From assembly GCA_963712535.1 (NCBI GenBank), contig CAVQIK010000005.1, forward strand, positions 15 through 64,014: a DNA stretch of 64,000 nucleotides, given 5' to 3'. The notes under the pieces are model-generated. The model had not been told where the DNA came from. It searched no databases and was given only the letters and a program-made list of their open reading frames with translations. The first letter of the stretch is position 1, and every line of letters starts with the position of its first letter. This stretch comes from an uncultured delta proteobacterium. Its GTDB lineage: Bacteria; Desulfobacterota; SM23-61. Shown here piece by piece: positions 10,883 to 20,179 of this stretch. Both the position numbers and the translations under genes were made by a program.

Positions 10883-12253
10883 ATGAAGCTCAAATCGATA
10901 AATCCATATACGGCCGAGGTGGTGGAGGAGTTCGAGGCGATGAGCCTTGAGGAAAGCGCGCGGGAAATCTCGATCTCCCGCCGTGCGTTCGGCTCCTGGA
11001 AAAAAACCCCGGTGAAGGAAAGGGGAGGATACCTCCGGGCGATCTCGGAACGGCTTCGGCGGGAGCAGCAGGCTCTAGCCCGAACCATCACGCGGGAGAT
11101 GGGAAAGCCCATGGCCCAATCACTCGCGGAAATTGAGAAATGCGCGTGGCTTTGCGAGTATTTCGCGGAGCATGGGGAGCCGTTCCTGCGGAATGAGGTG
11201 GTGGAGACCGATGCGCTGAGGAGCTACGTCGCTTTCGATCCGCTGGGGGTTATCCTGGGGATCATGCCCTGGAACTTTCCGTTCTGGCAGGTCTTCCGTT
11301 TCGCCGTCCCGGCCCTCATGGGCGGCAACGTCTGTGTCCTCAAGCATGCCTCGAACGTCCCCTCGACGGCGCTGGCCATCGAGAGGCTCTTCACGGATTC
11401 CGGGTTCCCCGATCACGTCTTCAAGACCTTGCTCATCGACTCCGCCGCGGCCATGCAGCTTGTGGAGCGGGAACGGGTGGACGGGGTGTCGCTCACCGGG
11501 AGCGTCGAGGCGGGAGCCCAGATCGCCTCGCTTGCCGGCGGCCGGATCGTAAAATTCGTGCTGGAACTCGGCGGGAGCGATCCTTTCATCGTGCTGGAGG
11601 ATGCGGATATGGCAAAGTCGGCCCGCATGGCCCTGCAGGCCCGGATGATCAACTCCGGCCAGAGCTGCATCGCCGCCAAGCGCTTCATCGTCATGGAACC
11701 CGTGGCCCGGAGCTTTGTGGAAGCCGTTGAAAGGGAACTCCAAGCCGTGAAGCTCGGCGACCCCATGGACCCGGGAACCACGATCGGCCCCCTGGCGAAA
11801 CGGGACCTGGTGGCCGGGGTTTCCGCCCAGCTGGAAGATGCCAGGGAAAAAGGGGCCCGCATATTCGACGGCCCCCCGCCGCCGGAAGGAAAAGGTTTTT
11901 TCTTCCGCCCGGCCATGGTCACCGAGGTGACCCCGGATATGCGCGTCGCAAGGGAAGAGGTCTTCGGCCCCGTCCTGGCCGTATTCCCCGCGAAATCGGA
12001 GGAGCACGCCCTGGAGATGGCGAACAGCTCCTCTTTCGGCCTGGGCGCCTCCATCTGGACCCGCGACCTGGAGAGGGCGGAAAGACTTGCGAGAGAGCTG
12101 GAGGCCGGCTTTGTGGCTATCAACGACACGGTGAAATCCGACCCCAGGCTCCCCTTCGGCGGGATTAAGAAGTCCGGGATCGGGCGGGAACTGTCTCATT
12201 ATGGGTTGAAAGAGTTCATGAACCTGAAGACGATCGTAGTCAAGGGGATGTAA
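10883..12253 (+). CDS. NAD(P)-dependent aldehyde dehydrogenase (succinate-semialdehyde dehydrogenase-like)
   Basis: The ATG at 10883 follows GGAGGG. It is a full-length ALDH with the catalytic-region motifs LELGGSDPFIV and SGQSCIAAKRF, and EEVFGPV near the C-terminus. Confidence 0.85.
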   Translation: MKLKSINPYTAEVVEEFEAMSLEESAREISISRRAFGSWKKTPVKERGGYLRAISERLRREQQALARTITREMGKPMAQSLAEIEKCAWLCEYFAEHGEPFLRNEVVETDALRSYVAFDPLGVILGIMPWNFPFWQVFRFAVPALMGGNVCVLKHASNVPSTALAIERLFTDSGFPDHVFKTLLIDSAAAMQLVERERVDGVSLTGSVEAGAQIASLAGGRIVKFVLELGGSDPFIVLEDADMAKSARMALQARMINSGQSCIAAKRFIVMEPVARSFVEAVERELQAVKLGDPMDPGTTIGPLAKRDLVAGVSAQLEDAREKGARIFDGPPPPEGKGFFFRPAMVTEVTPDMRVAREEVFGPVLAVFPAKSEEHALEMANSSSFGLGASIWTRDLERAERLARELEAGFVAINDTVKSDPRLPFGGIKKSGIGRELSHYGLKEFMNLKTIVVKGM

Positions 12254-12256
12254 GAG

Positions 12257-13891
12257 ATGAGAGCCTCTGAGCTGTTCGTTCGGCAACTTCAGGAAGAAGG
12301 GGTGACGCACGTCTTCGGGCTCCCGGGGGAGGAGAATCTTCATCTCCTGGAAGAGTTGCGGAGAGCCAACCTCCAGGTGATCGTTACCCGGCACGAACAG
12401 GCCGCCGCTTTCATGGCCGCGACCTACGGACGGCTGACCGGGAGGGCGGGGGTGTGTTTCTCCACCCTGGGCCCGGGAGCCACCAACCTGGTCACCGGCG
12501 TCGCCCACGCCCAGCTCATCGGCGCCCCCATGGTCTCCATTTCGGCCCAGAAGCCAAGCAGGCAGAACTGGCAGGCCAAGTTCCAGCTGGTCAACGTCGT
12601 CGAGCTCATGAGGCCCATCACCAAGAAGGCGGTCTCCATCCTGGACGCGAACACGATCCCGACCGTTCTTCGCGACGCTTTCAAAACGGCCGAGGCCGAG
12701 CGTCCGGGGGTTGTTCACATCGAACTGCCCGAAGACGTCGCCGCGGAGGAGACCACCGCCGTCATCCAAAAGAGGGGTGAGGTAAGGAGGCCGTCTCCCG
12801 ACCCGATGGCGGTCGAAAGCGCTGTCGAGCTGATCGAGCGCGCCCGCAATCCGCTCCTGTTCGTCTCCTCCGGCGCCAATCGAAAGCGGATCACCCAGGA
12901 CCTGCTCGAATTCGTGAACCGCACGGGGCTGTACGTGATTCACACTCAGATGGGGAAGGGCGTGATCAGCGACGATTGCCCGTTCAGCCTCTTTGCCACG
13001 GGCATTCACAAGCACGATTACGTAAATTGCGGGATGGACAAGGCAGACCTCATCATCACCGTCGGCTACAACATCGTGGAGTACCCTCCTTTCGTTTGGA
13101 ACCGGAACCTGGACAAGACCATTTTGAACATCGATTTTGTGGAATCCGAGGTCGACCCCTATTTCAATCCCGCGGTGGAGGTCGTCGGCGACATCGCCAA
13201 ATCGCTCCGGCAAATCGGGGAAAAGATAAGGAAAAAAAGGACTTTTCCCGCGTTCGCCAAGCTTCGAGCGCTCATCGGGCAGAAGATCGACGAGAAGGTG
13301 GAATCCAGGTACCCTCTCCTCCCCCAGGAGATCGTAAGGAGCGTGAGGGAGGTTCTATCGGCGGAGGACATCATCACGCTCGATAACGGGATCTACAAGC
13401 TCTGGTTCTCGCGGCTCTATCGGACTTTTCAGCCCAACACCTTTCTCCTGGACAACGCGTTGGCCACCATGGGAGCAGGGCTTCCTTCCGGGATCGTGGC
13501 CAAAATGCTCTGTCCCGAGCGGAAGGTCCTCGCCGTCTGCGGCGACGGGGGGTTCATGATGAACTCCCAGGAACTGGAGACCGCCCTGCGCTGCCGGGTG
13601 CCGATCGTCATCCTGCTGTTGAACGACAACGCTTACGGATTTGTGAAATGGAAGCAGAGGAATTTCGAGTACGAGAACTTCGGGATGGACCTGTCCAACC
13701 CGGATTTCGTGAAATACGCCGAGAGCTTCGGGGCCCGGGGGATGAAGGTGGAGCCGGGAGAGAGCCTGACCCGGGTACTCGACCAGGCCTTCTCCATGAA
13801 CGAGGCCGTCCTTGTAGAATGCCCCATCGATTACTCGGTGAACTACGAAGTCTTTTCCGTCGAGCTCGAGCACCTCGTCTGTTCCGATTAG
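12257..13891 (+). CDS. thiamine-diphosphate enzyme of the acetolactate synthase (AlsS-like) family
   Basis: THVFGLPGEENL, RHEQAAAFMAATYGRLTGRAGVCFSTLGPGATNL, and the C-terminal TPP motif GDGGFMMNSQELET...LNDNAYG. It starts 4 nt after the ALDH stop. Confidence 0.85.
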   Translation: MRASELFVRQLQEEGVTHVFGLPGEENLHLLEELRRANLQVIVTRHEQAAAFMAATYGRLTGRAGVCFSTLGPGATNLVTGVAHAQLIGAPMVSISAQKPSRQNWQAKFQLVNVVELMRPITKKAVSILDANTIPTVLRDAFKTAEAERPGVVHIELPEDVAAEETTAVIQKRGEVRRPSPDPMAVESAVELIERARNPLLFVSSGANRKRITQDLLEFVNRTGLYVIHTQMGKGVISDDCPFSLFATGIHKHDYVNCGMDKADLIITVGYNIVEYPPFVWNRNLDKTILNIDFVESEVDPYFNPAVEVVGDIAKSLRQIGEKIRKKRTFPAFAKLRALIGQKIDEKVESRYPLLPQEIVRSVREVLSAEDIITLDNGIYKLWFSRLYRTFQPNTFLLDNALATMGAGLPSGIVAKMLCPERKVLAVCGDGGFMMNSQELETALRCRVPIVILLLNDNAYGFVKWKQRNFEYENFGMDLSNPDFVKYAESFGARGMKVEPGESLTRVLDQAFSMNEAVLVECPIDYSVNYEVFSVELEHLVCSD

Positions 13892-13990
13892 AGCGTCCGC
13901 CACAGCGCCGCCCCGTCGTCAAGGAAGCGGAACGGGCGCTTCTCGCCAGTAAATGCCCCCCGGATGATCAAATATTAACCTAAACGATGC

Positions 13991-14085
13991 AAAAATTCCC
14001 CCCTTTGGAAAAGGGGGGAAAGGGGGGATTTTCTTGGAAAGCCCGGGTCAGAAATCCCCCCCGCCCCCCTTTAATAAAGGGGGGC
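13991..14085. repeat. two adjacent family-A G/C-run palindromes
   Basis: ATTCCCCCCTTTGGAAAAGGGGGGAAAGGGGGGATTTTCTTGG, followed by CAGAAATCCCCCCCGCCCCCCTTTAATAAAGGGGGGCC. Confidence 0.65.
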
Positions 14086-14302
14086 CAAAAGTCACCAGCG
14101 GTGAATTCCTGCAACAATGTCTGGAACGCTTTTTCACCCAATGAAACCGGGGCTGTGGAAGCATTTGTAGGGAATATTTTTGCACTTGTTGAGTTAACAT
14201 CAGACATCAGACCCGGACGGCGGACCGAGCTGAGAAGGCGCAAGCCGAAGTCTTTAAGTCGTTTAAGTCTATAGCAGTTTGCGGAAAAACCCAATTCAGG
14301 AG

Positions 14303-14400
14303 GTCATTGCGAGGACCCCGCACTTGATGCGGGGGACGCGGCAATCTGATTTTCTTTGATTTTATTATGAATCGGATTGCTTCGCTCCGCTCGCAATGAC
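14303..14400. repeat. inverted-repeat element GTCATTGCGAG...CTCGCAATGAC (family C)
   Basis: The terminal 11-nt arms are reverse complements. An inner hairpin reads CCCCGCACTTGATGCGGGG. It is flanked by short tandem motifs (TAAGTC x3 near 14245-14270 and AGTCTGR x3 at 14429-14450). Confidence 0.6.
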
Positions 14401-14527
14401 ACTTAAATGAGTTTTTCAGCAAACTGATAGTCTGAAGTCTGGAGTCTGGATGTGTTGACACCCCCTCTGCGAATCTGGTAATTTGAAGCCCGGACAAAAG
14501 AACCCTTCGACTACGAAAGGGGCATCT

Positions 14528-15448
14528 ATGAAAGCGGCGATATTCCACGGCATACGCGACCTCCGGGTGGAAGAGGTGGAGGAACCCAAACCCCGGCCGT
14601 CGGAAGTAAAAGTCCGGGTGAAATACTGCGGAATTTGCGGGTCGGACCTCCACGAGTATGTGCACGGTCTTTTTCCCCAGAGCCCCTTTGGACACGAGGC
14701 CTGCGGGGAGATCGTGGAAGTCGGACGGGCCATCCGGGGATTCCAGGCGGGGGAGCGAGTGATCGCCGTACAGAAAGGCGCTTTTGCCGAATACGTCCTG
14801 TGCCCGCCCGAGCGGGTGATGAGGATTCCTCAGAAGATGAGCTGGAAGCAGGCGGCCGTGGTCGAGCCTTTAGCCGGGGCGGCCTACGCCCTGGAAAGGG
14901 GCGGCGTCCACCCGGGGGAGTCGGTCCTCATCGCGGGCGGCGGACCGGTCGGCCTCATGGTCCTGCTCGGGCTGAAGGCGCTCGGAGCGGGAAACGTTTA
15001 TGTCACGGAAATCTCCGAAGTGAGGAGGAAAAAAGCCGAGGAGCTGGGGGCCGCCGCGGTCTGTAATCCCCTGGAAACCAAAGTCTCCTCCTGGATCAAG
15101 GAAGTCACCTCCGGACGCGGAGTGGACGTGGCCGTGGAGTCCGTCGGGGTCGAAGCCTCCCTGAAGGATTGCCTCGCCTCGGTCCGCTACAAGGGGAGAG
15201 TCATCGTGCAGGGGATCTTCACCGAACGGGTACCGGTGCACATGCTCGGTTTCGTCACCCGGGAGACGACGATGATCGGCACGAACTCCATAAATCCGAC
15301 CCTCGCCATGGAATGGATCGAGTCGAAGGGGATCCGGCCGGAGTCCATCGTGACCAAGATTATTCCCCTGAAGGAGATTTCCGCGGAAGGTTTTGAGGTC
15401 CTCATACAACCGGTGAAAGACGAGATCAAGATCCTGGTCGAGCCGTAG
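14528..15448 (+). CDS. zinc-dependent medium-chain alcohol/polyol dehydrogenase (butanediol/sorbitol-DH-like)
   Basis: MKAAIFHG...CGICGSDLHEY...GHEACGEIVEVG zinc-binding signature, and a Rossmann GGGPVGLM motif. Confidence 0.85.
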   Translation: MKAAIFHGIRDLRVEEVEEPKPRPSEVKVRVKYCGICGSDLHEYVHGLFPQSPFGHEACGEIVEVGRAIRGFQAGERVIAVQKGAFAEYVLCPPERVMRIPQKMSWKQAAVVEPLAGAAYALERGGVHPGESVLIAGGGPVGLMVLLGLKALGAGNVYVTEISEVRRKKAEELGAAAVCNPLETKVSSWIKEVTSGRGVDVAVESVGVEASLKDCLASVRYKGRVIVQGIFTERVPVHMLGFVTRETTMIGTNSINPTLAMEWIESKGIRPESIVTKIIPLKEISAEGFEVLIQPVKDEIKILVEP

Positions 15449-15485
15449 GCGTTTACGGGCGGTCCGCCCACGCCAGGCCTGAAAA

Positions 15486-16292
15486 TCAGGCGGCAGCAGT
15501 CGTAGCTTTGATCGCTTCCTCGCGGATAAGGGTGAGCGCCTGCTGTTTCAGGTCCAGGAAGGCTTGAGTCGATTTCACTTCATAGCTCCGCGGCCGGGCC
15601 AGAGGAATGTCGATTTCGGCCTTGATCTTCCCCGGCCGGGCGGTCATGACGAATACCCGGTCGGAAAGGAAGATGGCTTCCTCCACGTCATGAGTTACGA
15701 ATAAGATGGTTTTGTGCAGATCTTCCCAAACCTGGGTCAGGAGTTCCTGCATGAGAGCACGCGTCTGGGCGTCAAGCGCCCCGAACGGCTCATCCAGCAG
15801 GAGGATCGCCGGGTTGTTCGCCAGCGCCCTGGCGATGGCCACCCGCTGTTTCATCCCCCCGGAGAGGGCTTTCGGGTAGGCCTGCTCGAAACCTCTGAGG
15901 CCGACCTTCTCCACGAATTCCCGGGAGATCTGTTCCTGTTTTTCTTTCCCCACCCCCTCCAGTTCCAGCCCGAACTGAATGTTCTCCTTTACCGTAAGCC
16001 AGGGAAAGAGGGTGTAACTCTGAAAGACCATGCCCCGGTCCCGGCCCGGCTCGGTGATTGCCTGGCCGTCCATGCGGACGACTCCGGAAGACGGCCGGGT
16101 CAAGCCCGCCACGATCCGGAGGAGGGTCGATTTCCCGCATCCCGAAGGGCCGAGGATGGTGGCAAACTCCTGATTTCGGATTTTAAGGTCCACACGTTCG
16201 ATCGCCAGCACTTCTCTCTCGCCCGCCGGGTAAAGCTTGGTGACGTCGTGAACATGAAGTTTGATCTCTTCTTTTTTTATTGTTGCGAGCAC
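15486..16292 (-). CDS. ABC transporter ATP-binding protein (NitT/TauT family)
   Basis: Walker A GPSGCGKST, signature LSGGMKQRVAIARAL and Walker B LLLDEPFGALD. Confidence 0.85.
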   Translation of the reverse strand: MLATIKKEEIKLHVHDVTKLYPAGEREVLAIERVDLKIRNQEFATILGPSGCGKSTLLRIVAGLTRPSSGVVRMDGQAITEPGRDRGMVFQSYTLFPWLTVKENIQFGLELEGVGKEKQEQISREFVEKVGLRGFEQAYPKALSGGMKQRVAIARALANNPAILLLDEPFGALDAQTRALMQELLTQVWEDLHKTILFVTHDVEEAIFLSDRVFVMTARPGKIKAEIDIPLARPRSYEVKSTQAFLDLKQQALTLIREEAIKATTAAA

Positions 16293-16295
16293 GGT

Positions 16296-17126
16296 TCAGT
16301 CCACCCAGGGGAAGAGGCGCTGGTACAGCCATTTGAAAAAATAGTCCGTGATCAGGCCCAGCATTCCGATGGTCAGAATCCCGAAGATGATGTTGGAAGT
16401 TCGGAGCATTCGCTGGGAGCTGATGATCATGTAGCCGATCCCCGAGGCCGAGGCGACCAGTTCGGCCACGATGATGTAAGTCCAGGCCCATCCCACGATA
16501 ATCCGGAGGGTTTCCACGATCCCGGGCAGGCTCGCCGGAAGCAGGACCTTTCGGATCACCTGAAAACGCCCGGCCCCCAGGGTATAGGCTGTTTCCAGGA
16601 GATCCTTATGAACGTTCTTGGCGACCACGGCCACCATGAGGACAAGCTGGAAAAAGCTGCCCACAAAAATTATGGCGATTTTTTCCACATCCCCGATGCC
16701 CAGCCAGAGGATGAAGAGAGGAATAAACGCGGAAGCCGGCATGTACCGGATGAACCCCACCACGGGCTCGGTGAAAGCCTCCGCGACCTTGAAGGTCCCC
16801 ATCAGCAGCCCCAGGGGGACGCCCAGGATGGCCGCGATCAGGAACCCGGCCATCACCCGGTAAACGCTGCTCACGATATCGGCGGTGAAGCCCAATTCGG
16901 AGAAGAGATCCACCCCTGCTTCAAAAACCCTTCCGGGAGAGGGGAGAAACAGGGGATCGATGATCCCCCCGTAGGTAAGAATGGCCCAGACGGCCAGAAA
17001 AAAACCAAAGCTGCCGAAGGTCAGAGCCAGGTACAGACTTCCGGGAACGGGCTCCCGCGGGATAAAAAGGCCGCGGGAGCTCCGGGGAGTTTTGTCGGAT
17101 CGCCGTTCTTTTTTGCTGGCCATCAC
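16296..17126 (-). CDS. ABC transporter permease (NitT/TauT family)
   Basis: A 6-TM BPD-type permease. It lies 3 nt upstream of the ATPase gene, so the two are operonic. Confidence 0.85.
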   Translation of the reverse strand: MMASKKERRSDKTPRSSRGLFIPREPVPGSLYLALTFGSFGFFLAVWAILTYGGIIDPLFLPSPGRVFEAGVDLFSELGFTADIVSSVYRVMAGFLIAAILGVPLGLLMGTFKVAEAFTEPVVGFIRYMPASAFIPLFILWLGIGDVEKIAIIFVGSFFQLVLMVAVVAKNVHKDLLETAYTLGAGRFQVIRKVLLPASLPGIVETLRIIVGWAWTYIIVAELVASASGIGYMIISSQRMLRTSNIIFGILTIGMLGLITDYFFKWLYQRLFPWVD

Positions 17127-17172
17127 CGATTGAAAAACGTGGGGGAAGGGGTCGGCCCGCCCTCACAAGGAA

Positions 17173-18138
17173 TCACAGGAACGAGCCGTCGATGAGGTCG
17201 GCTGCCTTCGGTTTCTTTTTTATGAGCTTCAGGTCAAACCAGAGATCGGCTGCCCGCTGGGTCACTTTGTACAGGAGGCCCGGGTTCTTGGCCGTCCCGA
17301 AGTAATCCTTATTTTCTTTCTCCCCGTAGAAGCGGACCCCCGTCTTCTCTTTGGTGAACTCCTCGGGCTTTTGCCCGGTGAATTTGGCCATGATCGCGTC
17401 CGCCTCCTGGGGGCTGTCCGCAGCGAACTTCACGGCTTCGTTCCAGGCGGAGACAATCTTCTTCACATCCGCTCCCCGTTTCTTCAGGAAATCGGGCTTG
17501 AAAGCCAGGGAGTCCACGATGATCCCGGGAGTCTTATCGCTGGCCAGGAGGACGTGCCCGAAGGGGGTCTCCTTGGCCTTGGAGAGCCACGGCTCCCACG
17601 TCACGGCGGCGTCCACCTTCCCGGCCACGAAAGCGGCGCCCGCGTCGCCCGCTTTCATATCGACGGCTTTGAGGTCGCCAAGCTTCATTCCGTCCTGGGC
17701 CAGGACGTAATTGAGCCAGAAGTAGCTGGCGCCCGCCCCGAGCTGGGCGGCTACGGTCTTTCCCTTGAGGTCTTTGACGGTCTTGATCTCTTTCTTAGAG
17801 ACGATTCCGTCCCCGCCGTGGGAATCATCCAGGGCCAAAACCTGTTTCAGAAGGATCGGATTTTCCGCGGCCGCGGTCATAACGTGGGTATCCACCGTCG
17901 TGGCAAAACCCTGGATTTTATCGGCCGCGAAAGCCACCCTCCGGTCGGCAGGGCTTTCGATGACCACGATTTCCACCTCCAGACCGCGCTTCTGGAAGAA
18001 GCCTTTCTCTTTGGCCAGGTACAGCGGGGCGTACCCTAGCCAGGTGGACATTCCCAGTTTGATCGGCTCGGCCCCGTAAGATGAACCGGCAACCAGGAAC
18101 ATGATGCTAAGGATCCCAACCATCCAGCTCTTCTTCAT
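17173..18138 (-). CDS. ABC transporter substrate-binding protein (NMT1/THI5-like, NitT/TauT family)
   Basis: Start taken at MKKSWMVGILSIMFLVAGSSYG (signal peptide), preceded by AAAGGAGAGAAAGG. It carries the YAPLYLAKEKGFF motif of the family. Confidence 0.8.
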   Translation of the reverse strand: MKKSWMVGILSIMFLVAGSSYGAEPIKLGMSTWLGYAPLYLAKEKGFFQKRGLEVEIVVIESPADRRVAFAADKIQGFATTVDTHVMTAAAENPILLKQVLALDDSHGGDGIVSKKEIKTVKDLKGKTVAAQLGAGASYFWLNYVLAQDGMKLGDLKAVDMKAGDAGAAFVAGKVDAAVTWEPWLSKAKETPFGHVLLASDKTPGIIVDSLAFKPDFLKKRGADVKKIVSAWNEAVKFAADSPQEADAIMAKFTGQKPEEFTKEKTGVRFYGEKENKDYFGTAKNPGLLYKVTQRAADLWFDLKLIKKKPKAADLIDGSFL

Positions 18139-18304
18139 CCTTTCTCTCCTTTCTCGAATTTCGGTGGCAAAATCGTGCTGAATTTTTTCACAAATGGGTA
18201 GGAAAATCAATAAATTTGTCCATGTGTTCGCTGATCGACAAAGCGTTTTTCAACCGGGTCGGTTCTCCTGGCTTCATAGGGGACCTTTTCCCTTGGGGAA
18301 CGCA

Positions 18305-18363
18305 GACCCCTTTAAACAAGACCCCTTTAAACAATTGACAAAACCGCTTTAATGAGATATGAA
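18305..18363 (+). promoter_or_regulatory. candidate sigma-70 promoter with two tandem 15-bp direct repeats abutting the -35
   Basis: GACCCCTTTAAACAA occurs twice in perfect tandem (18305-18319 and 18320-18334). It is immediately followed by TTGACA (18335-18340), a 17-nt spacer and TATGAA (18358-18363). This sits about 95 nt upstream of the binding-protein start, in a divergent intergenic region. Confidence 0.4.
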
Positions 18364-18456
18364 ATTGCATTTGCCAGGGATCTTCTCCGGGAGGTTCGGG
18401 AAAGGAGATTTCTGGAATCACCCTGGAAATTCACAGCGACATGGGGAGGAAAAAGC

Positions 18457-20064
18457 ATGAAATCGGAGCGAACCAAAGGTTTTAGATGGGTCCTGCTGCT
18501 CGCGACCCTTGCTTTCCTGGCCGCCTTCTGGGCGGGCCCGTCCGGAGCGAAAACGCCGGAGAATGAACTGGTCATCGGGTCCCCCAGCGCCATTGAAACG
18601 ATGGACCCGGCCCAGCATATGTCCGCCGGCTCGTTTAAAGGCGAGAATTTCGTATTCAACAACATCGTCGCCTATTCGCGGGAATCCGCCAAGGTCGTCC
18701 CCGAGCTCGCCGAGTCGTGGACTACCTCCCCCGACGGAAAAGTGATCACCTTCAAGCTGAGGAAAGGCGTGAAATTCCACGACGGCACACCCTTCAACGC
18801 CGCTGCCGTGAAATTCAACTGGGACCGTATGCTGAAAGCCAACATGTCCCCGGCCGGCAAATACAAGACCTACGCGGATGAAAACAGCGTGGAGGTGGTG
18901 GACGAATACACGGTCCGCTTCAAGCAAACCAACCCCACCCCCGCCGTCATGGATTATTTCGCCGGCGGGGCCAAGTTTTATTTCAACAGCCCCACTTACG
19001 TGAAGGCTCATGCCACCTCCGAAGATCCCCTGGCCCTGAAATGGATGGCCACTCACGCCTGCGGCACCGGGCCCTTTGAGCTCGCGGAATGGGAGCCCGA
19101 TTCCAAGTACGTGTTCAAAAAATTCTCCGGCTACTGGGGGGGCACTCCCGACGTGAAGCCGGCCCCCAAGGTGGAGAAGATCACCTATAAGATCGTGAAG
19201 GACGCTTCCGCCACCCGGATGATGCTGGAGAAAGAGGACCTCGACATCGCCGAAAAGCTTCCCGCGGACGCGATCGATCAGCTCCAGAAAACCCCGGGGG
19301 TGAAGATCAAGCTGGCCGATATCTGGAAGATCGTCTTCACGATCATGAACTGCCAGAAGCCGCCTTTCGACAACGTGAAGGTCCGCCAGGCAATTTCCTA
19401 TGCGATTAATTACGACGAGCTCATCAAGACCGTGGAAAAAGGGCGGGCCAAAAGGCTGGCGGGCACCAACATGGAAGGGTTCCCGGGCTACGACCCCAAC
19501 CTGTTCAAGTACAATCTGGATCTTGAAAAAGCCAAACAGCTGATGAAGGAAGCCGGGCACCCGAACGGGTTCAAAGCCACTTTGCTGTACTCCGCGGACC
19601 GGTACGCGGGTTTCGAGCTCATGAGCGTCATGATGCAATCCTACCTGAAGAAGATCGGCATCGACCTCAGCCTGCAGAAGATGGCCTGGCCGACCCAGGT
19701 GGAAACCATGAAGAAGGGCGCTTTCGACATGGCCCTTCAGACCTGGACCGCCAATTACCCCGACCCGGTGGAGCAGACCTTCTTCTTTTTCCATCCCGAG
19801 ACCTTCAGCCTGCGCTGGAACTGGTCCTACTGGAAGAATGACCGGGCGACGGCGCTCATCGACGAGCTGATGAAGGAATTCGACAACTCCAAGAGAAATG
19901 CCTTGATGAAGGAGATCCAGAAGCTTGGAGTGGACAACGCGGTTTATGCCTATTTCTACCAGGTCCCCCATGCCATCGCCATGCGGGACACGATCAATCC
20001 CGCCGACGTCTGGTTCCACCCCGGGATTGACTGGGTCCCGTCGCCGGTAGTCAAGAAGAAGTAG
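18457..20064 (+). CDS. ABC transporter substrate-binding protein, family 5 (Dpp/Opp/Nik-like)
   Basis: Start at MKSERTKGFRWVLLLATLAFLAAFWAGPSGA (signal peptide). About 535 aa with the typical family-5 layout. Confidence 0.85.
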   Translation: MKSERTKGFRWVLLLATLAFLAAFWAGPSGAKTPENELVIGSPSAIETMDPAQHMSAGSFKGENFVFNNIVAYSRESAKVVPELAESWTTSPDGKVITFKLRKGVKFHDGTPFNAAAVKFNWDRMLKANMSPAGKYKTYADENSVEVVDEYTVRFKQTNPTPAVMDYFAGGAKFYFNSPTYVKAHATSEDPLALKWMATHACGTGPFELAEWEPDSKYVFKKFSGYWGGTPDVKPAPKVEKITYKIVKDASATRMMLEKEDLDIAEKLPADAIDQLQKTPGVKIKLADIWKIVFTIMNCQKPPFDNVKVRQAISYAINYDELIKTVEKGRAKRLAGTNMEGFPGYDPNLFKYNLDLEKAKQLMKEAGHPNGFKATLLYSADRYAGFELMSVMMQSYLKKIGIDLSLQKMAWPTQVETMKKGAFDMALQTWTANYPDPVEQTFFFFHPETFSLRWNWSYWKNDRATALIDELMKEFDNSKRNALMKEIQKLGVDNAVYAYFYQVPHAIAMRDTINPADVWFHPGIDWVPSPVVKKK

Positions 20065-20073
20065 GAACATTTA

Positions 20074-20179
20074 ACCGCAGAGGACGCAGAGGGACGCTGA
20101 GAACAGATTGAATCAAAATGCCAGATTATTGGGCCGCTCTTTGATTCATTCCCTCTGCGAACTCTGCGTCCTCTGCGGT
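20074..20179. repeat. long inverted repeat in the operon spacer (family E)
   Basis: ACCGCAGAGGACGCAGAG (20074-20091) and CTCTGCGTCCTCTGCGGT (20162-20179) are perfect reverse complements. A related half-site, ACCACAGAGGACACAGAGGAGCACAGA, lies at 23537-23565. Confidence 0.65.

Noticed and set aside
11120-13213. 697-aa ORF on the minus strand, the longest ORF in the track
   Set aside because: It is antisense to two well-supported genes (the ALDH and the TPP enzyme). Its composition is Arg/Gly/Pro/His-rich and low-complexity, typical of a shadow ORF in GC-rich coding DNA. It has no recognisable motifs.
15714-17195. 493-aa plus-strand ORF
   Set aside because: It is antisense to the ABC ATPase and permease genes, with shadow-ORF composition.
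18139-18304. TPP riboswitch upstream of the NMT1/THI5-like binding protein
   Set aside because: I could see no CUGAGA / ACCUGAUCUGGAUAAUGCCAGCG-type conserved core on the minus strand.
18418-20070. 550-aa minus-strand ORF
   Set aside because: It is antisense to the family-5 binding protein, whose signal peptide and length are convincing. It is Gly/Arg/His-rich with no motifs.
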